DNA of 64,000 nucleotides from Polyangiaceae bacterium (lineage in GTDB: Bacteria > Myxococcota_A > Polyangia > Polyangiales > Polyangiaceae): positions 32,001-96,000 of the forward strand of contig JBILLK010000034.1 in NCBI GenBank assembly GCA_044376115.1. The letters run 5' to 3'. The notes below the pieces were generated by a model that did not search any database, had not been told where the DNA came from, and worked only from the letters and a program-made list of their open reading frames with translations. Positions 47,479 through 56,651 of the stretch are shown piece after piece. Within the stretch, counting starts at the first letter, position 1. Each line of letters starts with the position of its first letter. The position numbers and the translations under genes were made by a program.

Positions 47479-48584
47479 TGAAGCCAATGAGCAACGTACA
47501 GCCGGCCATTGTTCCTGCGCTCCTCGTCGCGCTGTCGGCGGGCCTTAGCTGCGTGAACGGTGCCGCCACGGTAAAGACGGGAAGCGCCCCGCCCGTTTAC
47601 GGCGGCTCAGTGGTCGGCGCTGCTTCGGAGCAGCCCTTGCTATTGCCAGCAAGCTTCGAGTCCGGCCTGATCGTGCTGCGGCCGGCGACAGAAGATGGCG
47701 TGACTCTTACCATGCTCCTCGGCTCGACAGAGCGCTCTTTCGTGCGCGAGAGGAAGGCCAAGCAGCTGCTGCCAAGCCTTGATCAAGAGGCCACATCGTT
47801 GATCCTTCCGAAGATGAGTTGGGACGCGTTCATCCCGCCCAGTCGAGGGGAGGAGGGCCGGGTTGAGATCGCCGAGCGGGTGGACATCGCGCAATCGCTC
47901 CCACCCGAGATGGACGGGGTGCTCGGCACAGGGTTTCTTTATGACCAGACCCTGACCATCGACTTCGCCAATAAGCAACTGCTCCAGCGCCAGCCCGGAG
48001 AAGCACCCTTCGGCGACAGCTTCGAGCGCATCAACCTATTACCAAAACCTACCGCAGTCGTCGCAGAGGGTGAAAAGCCAGAGCGCCGCGTGTTCTTTCT
48101 TACGATCGCGATAGCGGGGCGTCCGTTCGAGATGTTGTTGGACCTAGCGGCTCGCCATCGGCTCACAGATGCGCAAGCGAGCGTGATGGGAGGCAAACCA
48201 GGAGGCCGTGCTGGCGCGTGCTTTCTTAGCCCGGCGATTTTTGATGAACTCCGCGCGGCCCATCCTGAGTGGCAAGGGATCGCTGCAGACGCCACTTCAG
48301 CTGCGCCCGCCCTGCTCGTTCCCGATGTTCGCGTCGCTAATAAGCAGACAGGCCCAGCCTGGTTCCTTCGAGAAGGCGAGCGAGCCGTTGCGGTGAACGA
48401 AGAGGCCACGTCAGAACGGCCTGTCCAAGCTGGGCGCGTCAGTGGAGCGTGTCTCTCCAAGCTGGCCTTTACCGTCGACTTCCGCAGCGGCCTCGGCGTG
48501 GTGAACGCGCCCACGCTGGTGTCGGATCAGCCCATCGCTACTCCATCCAGCTCAGCTCCGTTGGCCGCCCCGATCGAACCTTGA
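47478..48584 (+). CDS. Lipoprotein with degenerate two-lobed aspartic-protease-like fold
   Basis: GLSC lipobox; MLLGST, DGVLG..FL....TIDF, MLLDLAA, FTVDF; TGATG coupling. Confidence 0.6.
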   Translation: MKPMSNVQPAIVPALLVALSAGLSCVNGAATVKTGSAPPVYGGSVVGAASEQPLLLPASFESGLIVLRPATEDGVTLTMLLGSTERSFVRERKAKQLLPSLDQEATSLILPKMSWDAFIPPSRGEEGRVEIAERVDIAQSLPPEMDGVLGTGFLYDQTLTIDFANKQLLQRQPGEAPFGDSFERINLLPKPTAVVAEGEKPERRVFFLTIAIAGRPFEMLLDLAARHRLTDAQASVMGGKPGGRAGACFLSPAIFDELRAAHPEWQGIAADATSAAPALLVPDVRVANKQTGPAWFLREGERAVAVNEEATSERPVQAGRVSGACLSKLAFTVDFRSGLGVVNAPTLVSDQPIATPSSSAPLAAPIEP

Positions 48585-48617
48585 GCGCTCTCCCCGATTG
48601 GTGTTAGGCCTTGGCGC

Positions 48618-49127
48618 ATGAACGTTCATGCCCTGCTCGTCACACAACCGATCAAGATGCTCAATGGCCTGTCTGCTTGGCTCGACAAGGCAAGCACCTA
48701 CGCGCAAGAGCGTAAGTTCGACGCGAACAACTTGCTGCAGAGTCGGCTCTTCCCCGACCAATTCCCGCTTGTTCGACAAATCCAGAGCGCCTGCGATTCG
48801 GCGAAAGGCAACGCAGGCAGGCTCGCTGGTAAGGACCTTCCCAGTCACCCCGATACCGAGACCTCCATCGAGGAGCTGAAGGCGCGCATTGCAACGTGTG
48901 TTGCCTTCCTAGAGTCGATCAAGGAGGAGGACTTCTCAAAGTTCGCCGAGCAGAAAATTTCGATGCCGTGGATGCAAGGCAAGCACTTCAAGGGAGACGA
49001 GTATCTTTCGCAGTTCGCGGTGCCGAATTTCTACTTCCACGTGACGACGAGCTACGCAATCCTCCGGCACAACGGCGTCCCCCTCGGCAAGCTCGACTTC
49101 TTGGGCTCAATACCCATGTACGATTGA
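48618..49127 (+). CDS. DUF1993 (DinB-like) protein
   Basis: RLFPDQFPL.RQIQ.ACD, PNFYFHVTT.YAILRHNGV.LGK.DF. Confidence 0.93.
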   Translation: MNVHALLVTQPIKMLNGLSAWLDKASTYAQERKFDANNLLQSRLFPDQFPLVRQIQSACDSAKGNAGRLAGKDLPSHPDTETSIEELKARIATCVAFLESIKEEDFSKFAEQKISMPWMQGKHFKGDEYLSQFAVPNFYFHVTTSYAILRHNGVPLGKLDFLGSIPMYD

Positions 49128-49142
49128 TCGCGTCATACTCCG

Positions 49143-50024
49143 CTACTTGGCATCAAAGCCAAGCGATAGCGCGGGAATGAAGCCAACCGCTATGCCGTCT
49201 TCGATCAGGATATTGGCTTCCCCGTTGGGCGTGACGTTGTCCACGACGAGGTACTTCTGACCAAACATTAGGCTTGCATCAAATGCCAGGGTGAATTGCT
49301 TTCGGCGTGAAGGCTGCTGCTTTCCAAAGCCAACGCCGATACGAGCCTTGAGCCCTGGTAAGATGCCTGCGAATACCGAGGCGGTAACTCCGCTGGCGGC
49401 TTGCGTATCCACGTAAATGGATTCGCTCACGAAGCTGCCCCAAAGGATCTGCGGACCAGCTGCCACGAAGAAGACATCCGCGAACGTGGCCTCAAACATG
49501 GCATTGAACGCCAAGGCCGCACCTAGAGAGATGGTGCCGCTGCCGCCGGTGTCGCTTACGCCTACGCCAAACCCGAGTCCGGCCATGGCCCCGATCCCGC
49601 CATACGCAGCCAACATGTCATTGATTTGGTAGCCGAATCGACCTTCCGCTCCGAGCAGCACGATCGGACCAGGTAGAAACGCCCCCAGATTTCCGCTGAC
49701 GCCGCCCCGGAAGCGCCCACCATTCTCTTCCGTGGGGTACTCGCCGAGCTCCTTGCGCTTCTTCTTCTTCTTCTTTTTCTTTCCCTTCGGCGCGGCTTCT
49801 TCCTCGTCTTCCTCGTCAGCGGCCTCGTCGGCTTCCCACTCTTCGTCCGAGCCGGGGATGGTTGCGGCGGGCTGCGTAGGCTGTGCGGGTTGCGCGGGCG
49901 CCTCTTCTGCGGCGGCAGGCACTGGGTCCGCCGACGATGCAGGCTGTGATGCTGCAGGTTGTGCAAACGTGGTCGACGCGACCGTCATCGTTCCAAGAAC
50001 CAAAGCAATTCCCAAGCACCGCAT
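49143..50024 (-). CDS. Secreted or outer-membrane beta-rich hypothetical protein
   Basis: Signal peptide ending TFA; Pro/Ala linker; acidic then Lys block; amphipathic Gly/aromatic strands. Confidence 0.75.
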   Translation of the reverse strand: MRCLGIALVLGTMTVASTTFAQPAASQPASSADPVPAAAEEAPAQPAQPTQPAATIPGSDEEWEADEAADEEDEEEAAPKGKKKKKKKKRKELGEYPTEENGGRFRGGVSGNLGAFLPGPIVLLGAEGRFGYQINDMLAAYGGIGAMAGLGFGVGVSDTGGSGTISLGAALAFNAMFEATFADVFFVAAGPQILWGSFVSESIYVDTQAASGVTASVFAGILPGLKARIGVGFGKQQPSRRKQFTLAFDASLMFGQKYLVVDNVTPNGEANILIEDGIAVGFIPALSLGFDAK

Positions 50025-50154
50025 AGGGCCTCCAAGCGCAAGCGTTGGGTGAGCCTACGCACCCTGCGTTCGCTTCTCCCTGAAAACCGGCGACAGTTTC
50101 TTGCTTCGCTCGCCTCGATTGTCACACCCCGGCCCGACCCGGCGATGTGTCGTC

Positions 50155-51051
50155 ATGACCCCGCAAGAAGCCGCGCTCGAGCGGTCCCCGTTTGCAATCA
50201 GCCTATTACTTTGCCTGGGCGTCGGTGCGAGTTGTTCCTCGTCGCCCTCCACGAAAGAGGCAAGCTTGCTCTCTGCGCCGGCGACAATGGATGGCGATTC
50301 CGCGCCTCCCGCGGCTCACCAGCCGTCGACGCAGCTTCGCGTCGTCTCCTATAATCTCAACTACGGGCTCGCTCAGAATGGGGCCATTGATGCGTCTACG
50401 CTCGATCAGGTCCGACAGTTGGAGGCCGACATTGTCCTCTTGCAGGAAACCAACGACGAGTGGGCAAGGTCCATTCGCGAGGAGGTAGGCCAGACCTATC
50501 CCTTCCAGCGGTATCAGCCCCCAGGTCGGTATATCGCTGGTGGGATAGGTGCCCTATCCAAGTATCCAATCTTGGCGGAGGAGGTGATTGACTCACCGGT
50601 AAACTGGTTTCCTGCACAGCGGCTCGTAGTGGATGCGCCAGGTGGAGCGCTACAGATCCTGAATGTGCACTTGCGCCCAGCGATCTCCGAGAGCGGTAGT
50701 TGGGTGTCTGGCTATTTCACGACCGGCCCTCTCCGCGAAAAGGAGGCGAACGCCTATCAGCGAGTCCTCGATAAGGCGCTACCCACCTTGGTGGTCGGTG
50801 ACTTCAACGAGGAGGATCGAGGCGCTGCGATAGGTGTCTTCGAGTCTTGGGGCCTGCGCAACGCGTTGCCTCAGCTCGGTTCTACCAAGACCACCTGGCG
50901 GTGGACGGCCTATAGTGTCCCGCTCGCTTTGCGGCTCGATCACATTCTGTACGACACGAGGCACTTTGAGCTCGTATCCGGGCAGGTGCTTGCGGGCGGT
51001 AACAGTGATCACTTGCCGGTAGAGGCCGTCTTTGTCCGTACGGCGCAATAG
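50155..51051 (+). CDS. Endonuclease/exonuclease/phosphatase-family lipoprotein
   Basis: SYN, LLQE, NVHL, GDFN, LDHI, SDH. Confidence 0.92.
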   Translation: MTPQEAALERSPFAISLLLCLGVGASCSSSPSTKEASLLSAPATMDGDSAPPAAHQPSTQLRVVSYNLNYGLAQNGAIDASTLDQVRQLEADIVLLQETNDEWARSIREEVGQTYPFQRYQPPGRYIAGGIGALSKYPILAEEVIDSPVNWFPAQRLVVDAPGGALQILNVHLRPAISESGSWVSGYFTTGPLREKEANAYQRVLDKALPTLVVGDFNEEDRGAAIGVFESWGLRNALPQLGSTKTTWRWTAYSVPLALRLDHILYDTRHFELVSGQVLAGGNSDHLPVEAVFVRTAQ

Positions 51052-51076
51052 TTCCTGGCGACATCTTGACGGAGTG

Positions 51077-51580
51077 TCAGCGCCCTGGCGGTAGATGGCT
51101 CGAGCGGAGGCTAGGGGGAATACTAGGCCGCCGCGAAGGCTGCTGATGGCTCGAGCGGAAGTTCACGTGGTGTTCACTTTGCGCGGTCAGCCGCAGGATG
51201 TCGCGAGTGGTGAGGATTCCGACGAGCTCCCCTAGCTGGTCGACGATGGGCAAGCACGAGCAAGAGAGCTCAAGCATTCGGTGGGCGGCGGTGGCCACCG
51301 TCTCGTCCTCCTTGGCTGTAATCGGCCGCCGACTCATGAGCTGGTGGATGGGACGAGCCAGCGTTTGGACATCGATGGGCCGCTCGGCGAGCTTGGCCAC
51401 AAATGGGCTGGTTGCACGCAGCAGATCGCGATCGGAGATCACGCCAATCATCTTGCGATCGTCGTCGAGTACCACCGCGTGATGAAAGCCATGGTGCTCA
51501 AACAGCCGAGTCACCGACTGAACCGTATCGTCCATCCCTACGGTCACGACGCGTGCGGACATCAAATCTCTTACCAACAT
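51077..51580 (-). CDS. CBS-domain protein
   Basis: VRDLM, GVISDRD, LPIVD..LVGILT..D. Confidence 0.9.
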   Translation of the reverse strand: MLVRDLMSARVVTVGMDDTVQSVTRLFEHHGFHHAVVLDDDRKMIGVISDRDLLRATSPFVAKLAERPIDVQTLARPIHQLMSRRPITAKEDETVATAAHRMLELSCSCLPIVDQLGELVGILTTRDILRLTAQSEHHVNFRSSHQQPSRRPSIPPSLRSSHLPPGR

Positions 51581-51623
51581 GTCTTGCTCCAGACCGCTGG
51601 TAGGCAGCTTCCGTGCCGGAGCC

Positions 51624-52706
51624 TCAAAACCCGCGTGTGCGCAGCTCTGCTACGATCGCGAGATAGAGCGCCTTGTGATCGAAGCCGTTCCCGAAGCCGG
51701 GGCCATCCCCAAAAATCTGCCCGATCTCGTCCAAGTGGTCCGCGGGTGCACAACCCCAGAACTCCCCTCGTTTTGCGTCGCGAACTCGCACCAGACCGTC
51801 ATTGGGTTCGTTGTCCGAGTCGAGCAAGGACTCACTTAGCCACAGCAGCGGATCCGTGGGATCGCGCTCGAGCTTCCAGCCCTCGAGCACGGGTAAGTTG
51901 AACTCGGCGGCGCAGGCTTGCCCGCCCAAGTGGTTGTCGGTACGGCCGGCGAGCGAGGCGTAGAAGACCCCTGGCGAATCGGGGTAACTCTCATTGAAGG
52001 CCTGGATGCCCGGCGTCGAAAATTGGTACAGCGCGTCCGAGACGCTCGTCTCCCCGTTAATCTGTTCGTAGAGCGGAGCGCCGATGGCATTGACGAGGTC
52101 ATCAACCAGGCCTGCAGCATTGGGGTTGTCTACGATGCCTAACGCTATATCCGCGACAGGAGAGCCCTGATGGGGTGTTGCTACCGTGACCACCGCGGCA
52201 ATTAGGTCTGGTCGCTCGTGCGCGACGTATCTCGCGTCGAGCCCACCCTGGGAGTGGGCGACGATAACCACTTTGGATTGGCCCGTCTCCGCCAGAATCT
52301 GCTCGATATGAGCGAGCAGTTGGGCGCCACGAACGGTCGAGCTGTTGAAGGGATCCACCGCGGGGGTAAAGATCTGCGGCTCACCAGCGAAGGCGAGCTC
52401 CTGCTTTACCTCAAAGAAGTAAGTAGCAAAGTCCACCCCGGCGAAGTCCTCAAATCCGAAGAACCCGTGGGCGAGCACAATCGGGTAGGGGCCCGTCGAC
52501 GCTCCACCGCTTCCACTTGAGCTTCCGCCTCCACCCTGGCTCGGCCCGGTGCTCATCAACGTGCCGTTGCTGCCGCCAACTCCAGGCCCAACCGCATCCG
52601 CACCCGTGGTCACGAACGGCTCTGATTCCGGCGACGAGGTCTCTTCAGCGCAGGCGGCTGCGAGCAGAAGGGTGAAGGCACGTGTCTGAACGGTAAACGA
52701 CTTCAT
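51624..52706 (-). CDS. Triacylglycerol lipase (family I-like) lipoprotein
   Basis: YPIVLAHG, AHSQGG, TPHQGS, NDGLV, DHLDEI. Confidence 0.92.
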   Translation of the reverse strand: MKSFTVQTRAFTLLLAAACAEETSSPESEPFVTTGADAVGPGVGGSNGTLMSTGPSQGGGGSSSGSGGASTGPYPIVLAHGFFGFEDFAGVDFATYFFEVKQELAFAGEPQIFTPAVDPFNSSTVRGAQLLAHIEQILAETGQSKVVIVAHSQGGLDARYVAHERPDLIAAVVTVATPHQGSPVADIALGIVDNPNAAGLVDDLVNAIGAPLYEQINGETSVSDALYQFSTPGIQAFNESYPDSPGVFYASLAGRTDNHLGGQACAAEFNLPVLEGWKLERDPTDPLLWLSESLLDSDNEPNDGLVRVRDAKRGEFWGCAPADHLDEIGQIFGDGPGFGNGFDHKALYLAIVAELRTRGF

Positions 52707-52791
52707 CGACGCAAACCCTAGGGCTCGAAGGTGCGGCTCAGCCTAGCGTGGACTATGCTCCGCCCGTGAAGAATTTGCTGGGTATGTCGTC

Positions 52792-54261
52792 ATGAGAAGC
52801 GCCCCATTCGACAATAGCTACGCCAAACTACCGGAGCCGTTCTTCGCGCGGGTCAAGCCCACGAAGGTGAAGCGACCCCAGCTGATTCGAGTCAACCAGC
52901 CTTTGGCTGAGCTCTTGGGTCTCGACCCTGCTGAGCTCTCCTCCGAAGCAGGCGTTGAAATGCTTGCAGGTAACCTGTTACCGGAGGGCGCAGAGCCTAT
53001 TGCGTTGGCGTACGCCGGCCATCAGTTTGGTTCGTTCGTTCCACAGCTCGGAGATGGCCGCGCGATCTTGCTAGGCGAGTTGCTGGGAAAAGACGGATTG
53101 CGACGGGATCTCCAGCTCAAGGGTTCAGGGCCGACCCCCTTTTCACGCCGCGGGGATGGTCGTGCCGCTTTAGGGCCGGTGCTGCGGGAGTACATCGTAA
53201 GCGAGGCGATGTTTGCGTTGGGCATTCCGACGACGCGTGCACTTGCAGCGGTGACGACCGGAGAGGTCGTGGTCCGTGAGGAGCTGCAACCCGGCGCCGT
53301 CCTCTCGCGAGTGGCCGCAAGCCATCTGCGCGTTGGTACGTTCGAGTTCTTCGCCGCGCGCCGCGATGAAGAGTCGCTGCGGTGCTTGGTGGACTATGCG
53401 CTCTTGCGTCACTACCCCCAATGCTTTGGCGCCGACGTTCCGGCCCTGGCACTGCTAGATTGTGTGATTGATGCTCAGGCCAATCTGGTAGCGCGTTGGC
53501 TGGGCGTAGGCTTCATTCACGGCGTAATGAACACGGACAATACGTCCATCTCGGGAGAGACCATCGACTACGGTCCGTGCGCTTTCCTCGACGAGTATCG
53601 GCCGGACAAGAAGTTCAGTTCGATCGATCACGGCAAGCGTTATGCTTTCGGAAACCAACCGCGTATCGCGCAATGGAATGTAACCGCCTTCGCGGAGACG
53701 TTGGTTCTCCTCCTTGGCACCGAGGCCGAAGCCGTGAAGTCGCTAACCGATCGACTTGCGCGCTTTCCGCTGCGATTCGAGCAAGCCTATCTAGACGTGC
53801 TCGGTGCCAAGTTGGGGCTCTCTCAATGTGACGCCCAAGACCGCGCACTCGCCGAGGACCTGTTTGAACGCATGGCGGCAAGTGAAGTGGACTTTACGTT
53901 GCTATTCCGACGGTTGTGCGATGCAGCAGAGTCGCCAACGGCAGATAGTAAGGTAGCCGAGCTATTTGAACACGCTGGCGCCTTCTATGATTGGGCGGAG
54001 CGCTGGCGCAGTAGGCTCGAGCGTGAGTCGGCGAGCCCCGGTGAGCGTGCGCAGGCGATGCGTCTTGTCAACCCGGCCTTCATCCCGCGTAACCACCGTA
54101 TCGCCGAGGCCATCTCCGCGGCCGTCGACGGCGATTTCTCGGTCTTCGAGCGGCTGACGACCGTCCTCGAGCGTCCCTTCGTGGACCAGCCCGAGGCTGC
54201 GGAACTCGCGCTCCCTCCGAAGAAAGAAGAGCGCGTCCGCGCGACCTTCTGCGGTACTTAG
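52792..54261 (+). CDS. selO: Protein adenylyltransferase SelO (YdiU)
   Basis: YAGHQFG, QLGDGRA, LKGSG.TPFSR.GDGRA, HGVMNTDN, IDYGP, NP.FIPRNH, TFCGT. Confidence 0.97.
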   Translation: MRSAPFDNSYAKLPEPFFARVKPTKVKRPQLIRVNQPLAELLGLDPAELSSEAGVEMLAGNLLPEGAEPIALAYAGHQFGSFVPQLGDGRAILLGELLGKDGLRRDLQLKGSGPTPFSRRGDGRAALGPVLREYIVSEAMFALGIPTTRALAAVTTGEVVVREELQPGAVLSRVAASHLRVGTFEFFAARRDEESLRCLVDYALLRHYPQCFGADVPALALLDCVIDAQANLVARWLGVGFIHGVMNTDNTSISGETIDYGPCAFLDEYRPDKKFSSIDHGKRYAFGNQPRIAQWNVTAFAETLVLLLGTEAEAVKSLTDRLARFPLRFEQAYLDVLGAKLGLSQCDAQDRALAEDLFERMAASEVDFTLLFRRLCDAAESPTADSKVAELFEHAGAFYDWAERWRSRLERESASPGERAQAMRLVNPAFIPRNHRIAEAISAAVDGDFSVFERLTTVLERPFVDQPEAAELALPPKKEERVRATFCGT

Positions 54262-54282
54262 CGCGACGATGGCGAACGGGCT

Positions 54283-55269
54283 CTAGCGGTCTTCGCGGCG
54301 CCCTCGAGTGCGCCGTGCAGCGTGTAATCCGAGCAGGAGTCCGGCGAGCCAAGGCCATCCCGAAGCCTCGTTCGCCTGGACCGCTCCTATTGAGCAGCCT
54401 CCTTCCGCGGACTCGGACGTCCCGCCGCCGCTGCTACTGCTCGAGGATTCGGACGCTCCGGAGCCAGCGCTTTCCCCGCCGCCCCCGCTGCCAGTGCCCC
54501 CCTCGGCGGTAAAGGATACGAACTCAGCGAGGAACGGCTTGTAAAGATCGGTTCGTCGATAGTGGGCTGGTTCGAGGCAGCCCGCTAGATCGGTATAGGA
54601 GTTGACGCCCACCACCGTCTCGACGCCGTCCAGGACGACCAGCGCCGGCCCGCCCGAATCCCCGATGCAAGAACGCCTATCGAGATCACCGACCGTAATC
54701 GTATCGCCCGGATCGATCGCTGCGATTACCGTATTGGCGCTGTGCTTTTGAGCGTTCGGCTGCTCATAGGCCGTTTGCCCGTAGCCAACGATGCGCGCCG
54801 CTTCACCGACCAACGCTTCATCTAGCTCCGTCGTTAGCACAGGCAGCGGCGACGCTCCGAGTTCTACCGGTAGCGTTATGACGGCAATATCAGCGGTGAA
54901 GGGAGGGTCTGGATCGTAGTCCGGGTGGATGTGAATCGCCTCGATCGCCAGGAGCTGTGGAACGAGCGTGGACGCCGACGGAAAAGCGTTCGCGTTTGCT
55001 CCAGTGAAGACGCCGAAGTTGCCATCGGGGTGAAGCTCCTCATCGACGCAATGGGCGGCGGTGAGCAGCACCTTGGGAGCGATCAACGTCGCCGTGCACA
55101 GATCGAGCTGCGTCAGGTCGGAGCTCCAAGACGCCAACATGACGACCGCAGGATCGCCAGACTCTGGCTCCCCGCCGATAATCGGTTGCGAGGCCGTTGC
55201 CGGGCGTTCGCTTTGGGGTTCACAAGCGAGGACCAACGTTAGCGTGGAAAGCAGCGTGCGAAGCTTCAC
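54283..55269 (-). CDS. Trypsin-like serine protease with MYXO-CTERM sorting signal
   Basis: PIIGG, TAAHC, DIA, GDSGGP; GGCS..hydrophobic..RR tail; GTG start overlapping the upstream TGA. Confidence 0.92.
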   Translation of the reverse strand: MKLRTLLSTLTLVLACEPQSERPATASQPIIGGEPESGDPAVVMLASWSSDLTQLDLCTATLIAPKVLLTAAHCVDEELHPDGNFGVFTGANANAFPSASTLVPQLLAIEAIHIHPDYDPDPPFTADIAVITLPVELGASPLPVLTTELDEALVGEAARIVGYGQTAYEQPNAQKHSANTVIAAIDPGDTITVGDLDRRSCIGDSGGPALVVLDGVETVVGVNSYTDLAGCLEPAHYRRTDLYKPFLAEFVSFTAEGGTGSGGGGESAGSGASESSSSSSGGGTSESAEGGCSIGAVQANEASGWPWLAGLLLGLHAARRTRGRREDR

Positions 55270-56639
55270 GGCAACGCAATCTCGGCAAATGCGATATGCG
55301 TCTTGCCTGCACTGTTCTCGGTGAAGGATACGAATCCGCTCGTACCCGGTACGGTGAGCCCCACGTAAGCGCCCAACCAACTAGCCAATGCTAGGTCGGT
55401 CGTCAGCGTTCCGGCAGGCGCGATTGGTGCGCGTGTCCAGCTGGCCCCTTGGTCGCTGGAGGACGCGTGCATGAAGGTTGCGTCAGCGTCGACCACGCCT
55501 TGGTAGTATGCAATCTCCAGCCTGCCGTCGGGGCTAATGGCGATGCGTGGAAACAGGTATTGGCCCTCGTTGGCGAGGGTGACGGCCTTGGGCTGGGAGA
55601 AGCTCACTCCTGCGTCCTCTGAAACCGCAACGTAGATAGCGTCTGCAGGCGTATCGTCGGTGGTGGAGAACTGGCCGGCTCCACTGGCGTAGGCGATGGT
55701 GAGCGTATTGCCGTCCACTACGCAGTTGGGCTCTTGAAAGACGACGCTGGCTGCTGGGGGAGCCGCGAGCAGCTCCCAACTTTGACCTTGAGTCGTTGAC
55801 TTGCGCAAGCTCAGCGTCCCGTCGGGCCCAAGGTGCACGACGTAGAGCGGCGCGCTTCCGCCAAGCGATCGATCGAGGCAAAGGCTCGCTAGATTGCCGA
55901 AGGTGAGGTCGGAGACGATCTCGCTGCGGGTGAAGTCGAGGCCGTCATCGGACCGCGCAAACGTCAGGGTTGGCGTGCCGCTGAAGTCCGCCCAGGTCAG
56001 CAATACCTCATCGTTGGCATCGACGTTGATATACGGCTTGTCGAAGTCGAGCGTGGTCGAGGTCCCGTCATCGGAGGCGACCACCGGCGACCCGAAGGTG
56101 TCCGCCTGGGCGTCAAGACGAGCTACATAGATATGCTCATCGGGCTCGGCGAAGTCGAGGCGGAAGCCAAGCCAAGCCAAGGTGAACACGCCTTGGCTGT
56201 CCACTGTCAGCACAGGATTGGTGGATAGGCGTTGTTCGGGGGCCGCTAGGTAAGCGGGAGCGGTGAAAGACGCTCCACCGTCGCGCGAGATCGAATAGCC
56301 GACGGCGCTCGGTCCTTCGGTAAAGACGGCCACCCAAACCACGACAATCCCACCACTGCCGTCGCTTGCAATGGTGGTTTGCGTCTCGAAGGAGCTATCC
56401 CCGAGAGAGCTGAAGCCAGCCGCCGCTCCTCCTGCACCTCCGTCGCCGCCCGCTCCCCCGCTACTGGGGCTACCCCCGCTGGTTTGGCCGCCACTGCTCG
56501 TGGAGGACTCTCCCGCATTGCCACCACTGCCGCCGCTCACTGGGCCGCCCGCGGAACCCCCATCATCCCCGCAGTGACTGAGCGCGAGTACGGCGAGGCC
56601 AAGGCTGGCTGCCGTTGCCGGAAAGAATCGAAAGCGCAC
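55266..56639 (-). CDS. BNR/Asp-box (sialidase-like) lipoprotein
   Basis: LSHC lipobox, Gly-rich linker, SRDGGASF, SDDGLDF, STTQGQSW, SEDAGVSF, SSDQGASW, DKP. Confidence 0.85.
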   Translation of the reverse strand: MRFRFFPATAASLGLAVLALSHCGDDGGSAGGPVSGGSGGNAGESSTSSGGQTSGGSPSSGGAGGDGGAGGAAAGFSSLGDSSFETQTTIASDGSGGIVVVWVAVFTEGPSAVGYSISRDGGASFTAPAYLAAPEQRLSTNPVLTVDSQGVFTLAWLGFRLDFAEPDEHIYVARLDAQADTFGSPVVASDDGTSTTLDFDKPYINVDANDEVLLTWADFSGTPTLTFARSDDGLDFTRSEIVSDLTFGNLASLCLDRSLGGSAPLYVVHLGPDGTLSLRKSTTQGQSWELLAAPPAASVVFQEPNCVVDGNTLTIAYASGAGQFSTTDDTPADAIYVAVSEDAGVSFSQPKAVTLANEGQYLFPRIAISPDGRLEIAYYQGVVDADATFMHASSSDQGASWTRAPIAPAGTLTTDLALASWLGAYVGLTVPGTSGFVSFTENSAGKTHIAFAEIALP

Positions 56640-56651
56640 GTTATGTCTTCC

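Noticed and set aside
54240..54261. Selenocysteine at the SelO C-terminus
   Set aside because: Ends TFCGT followed by TAG, an ordinary Cys-type ending
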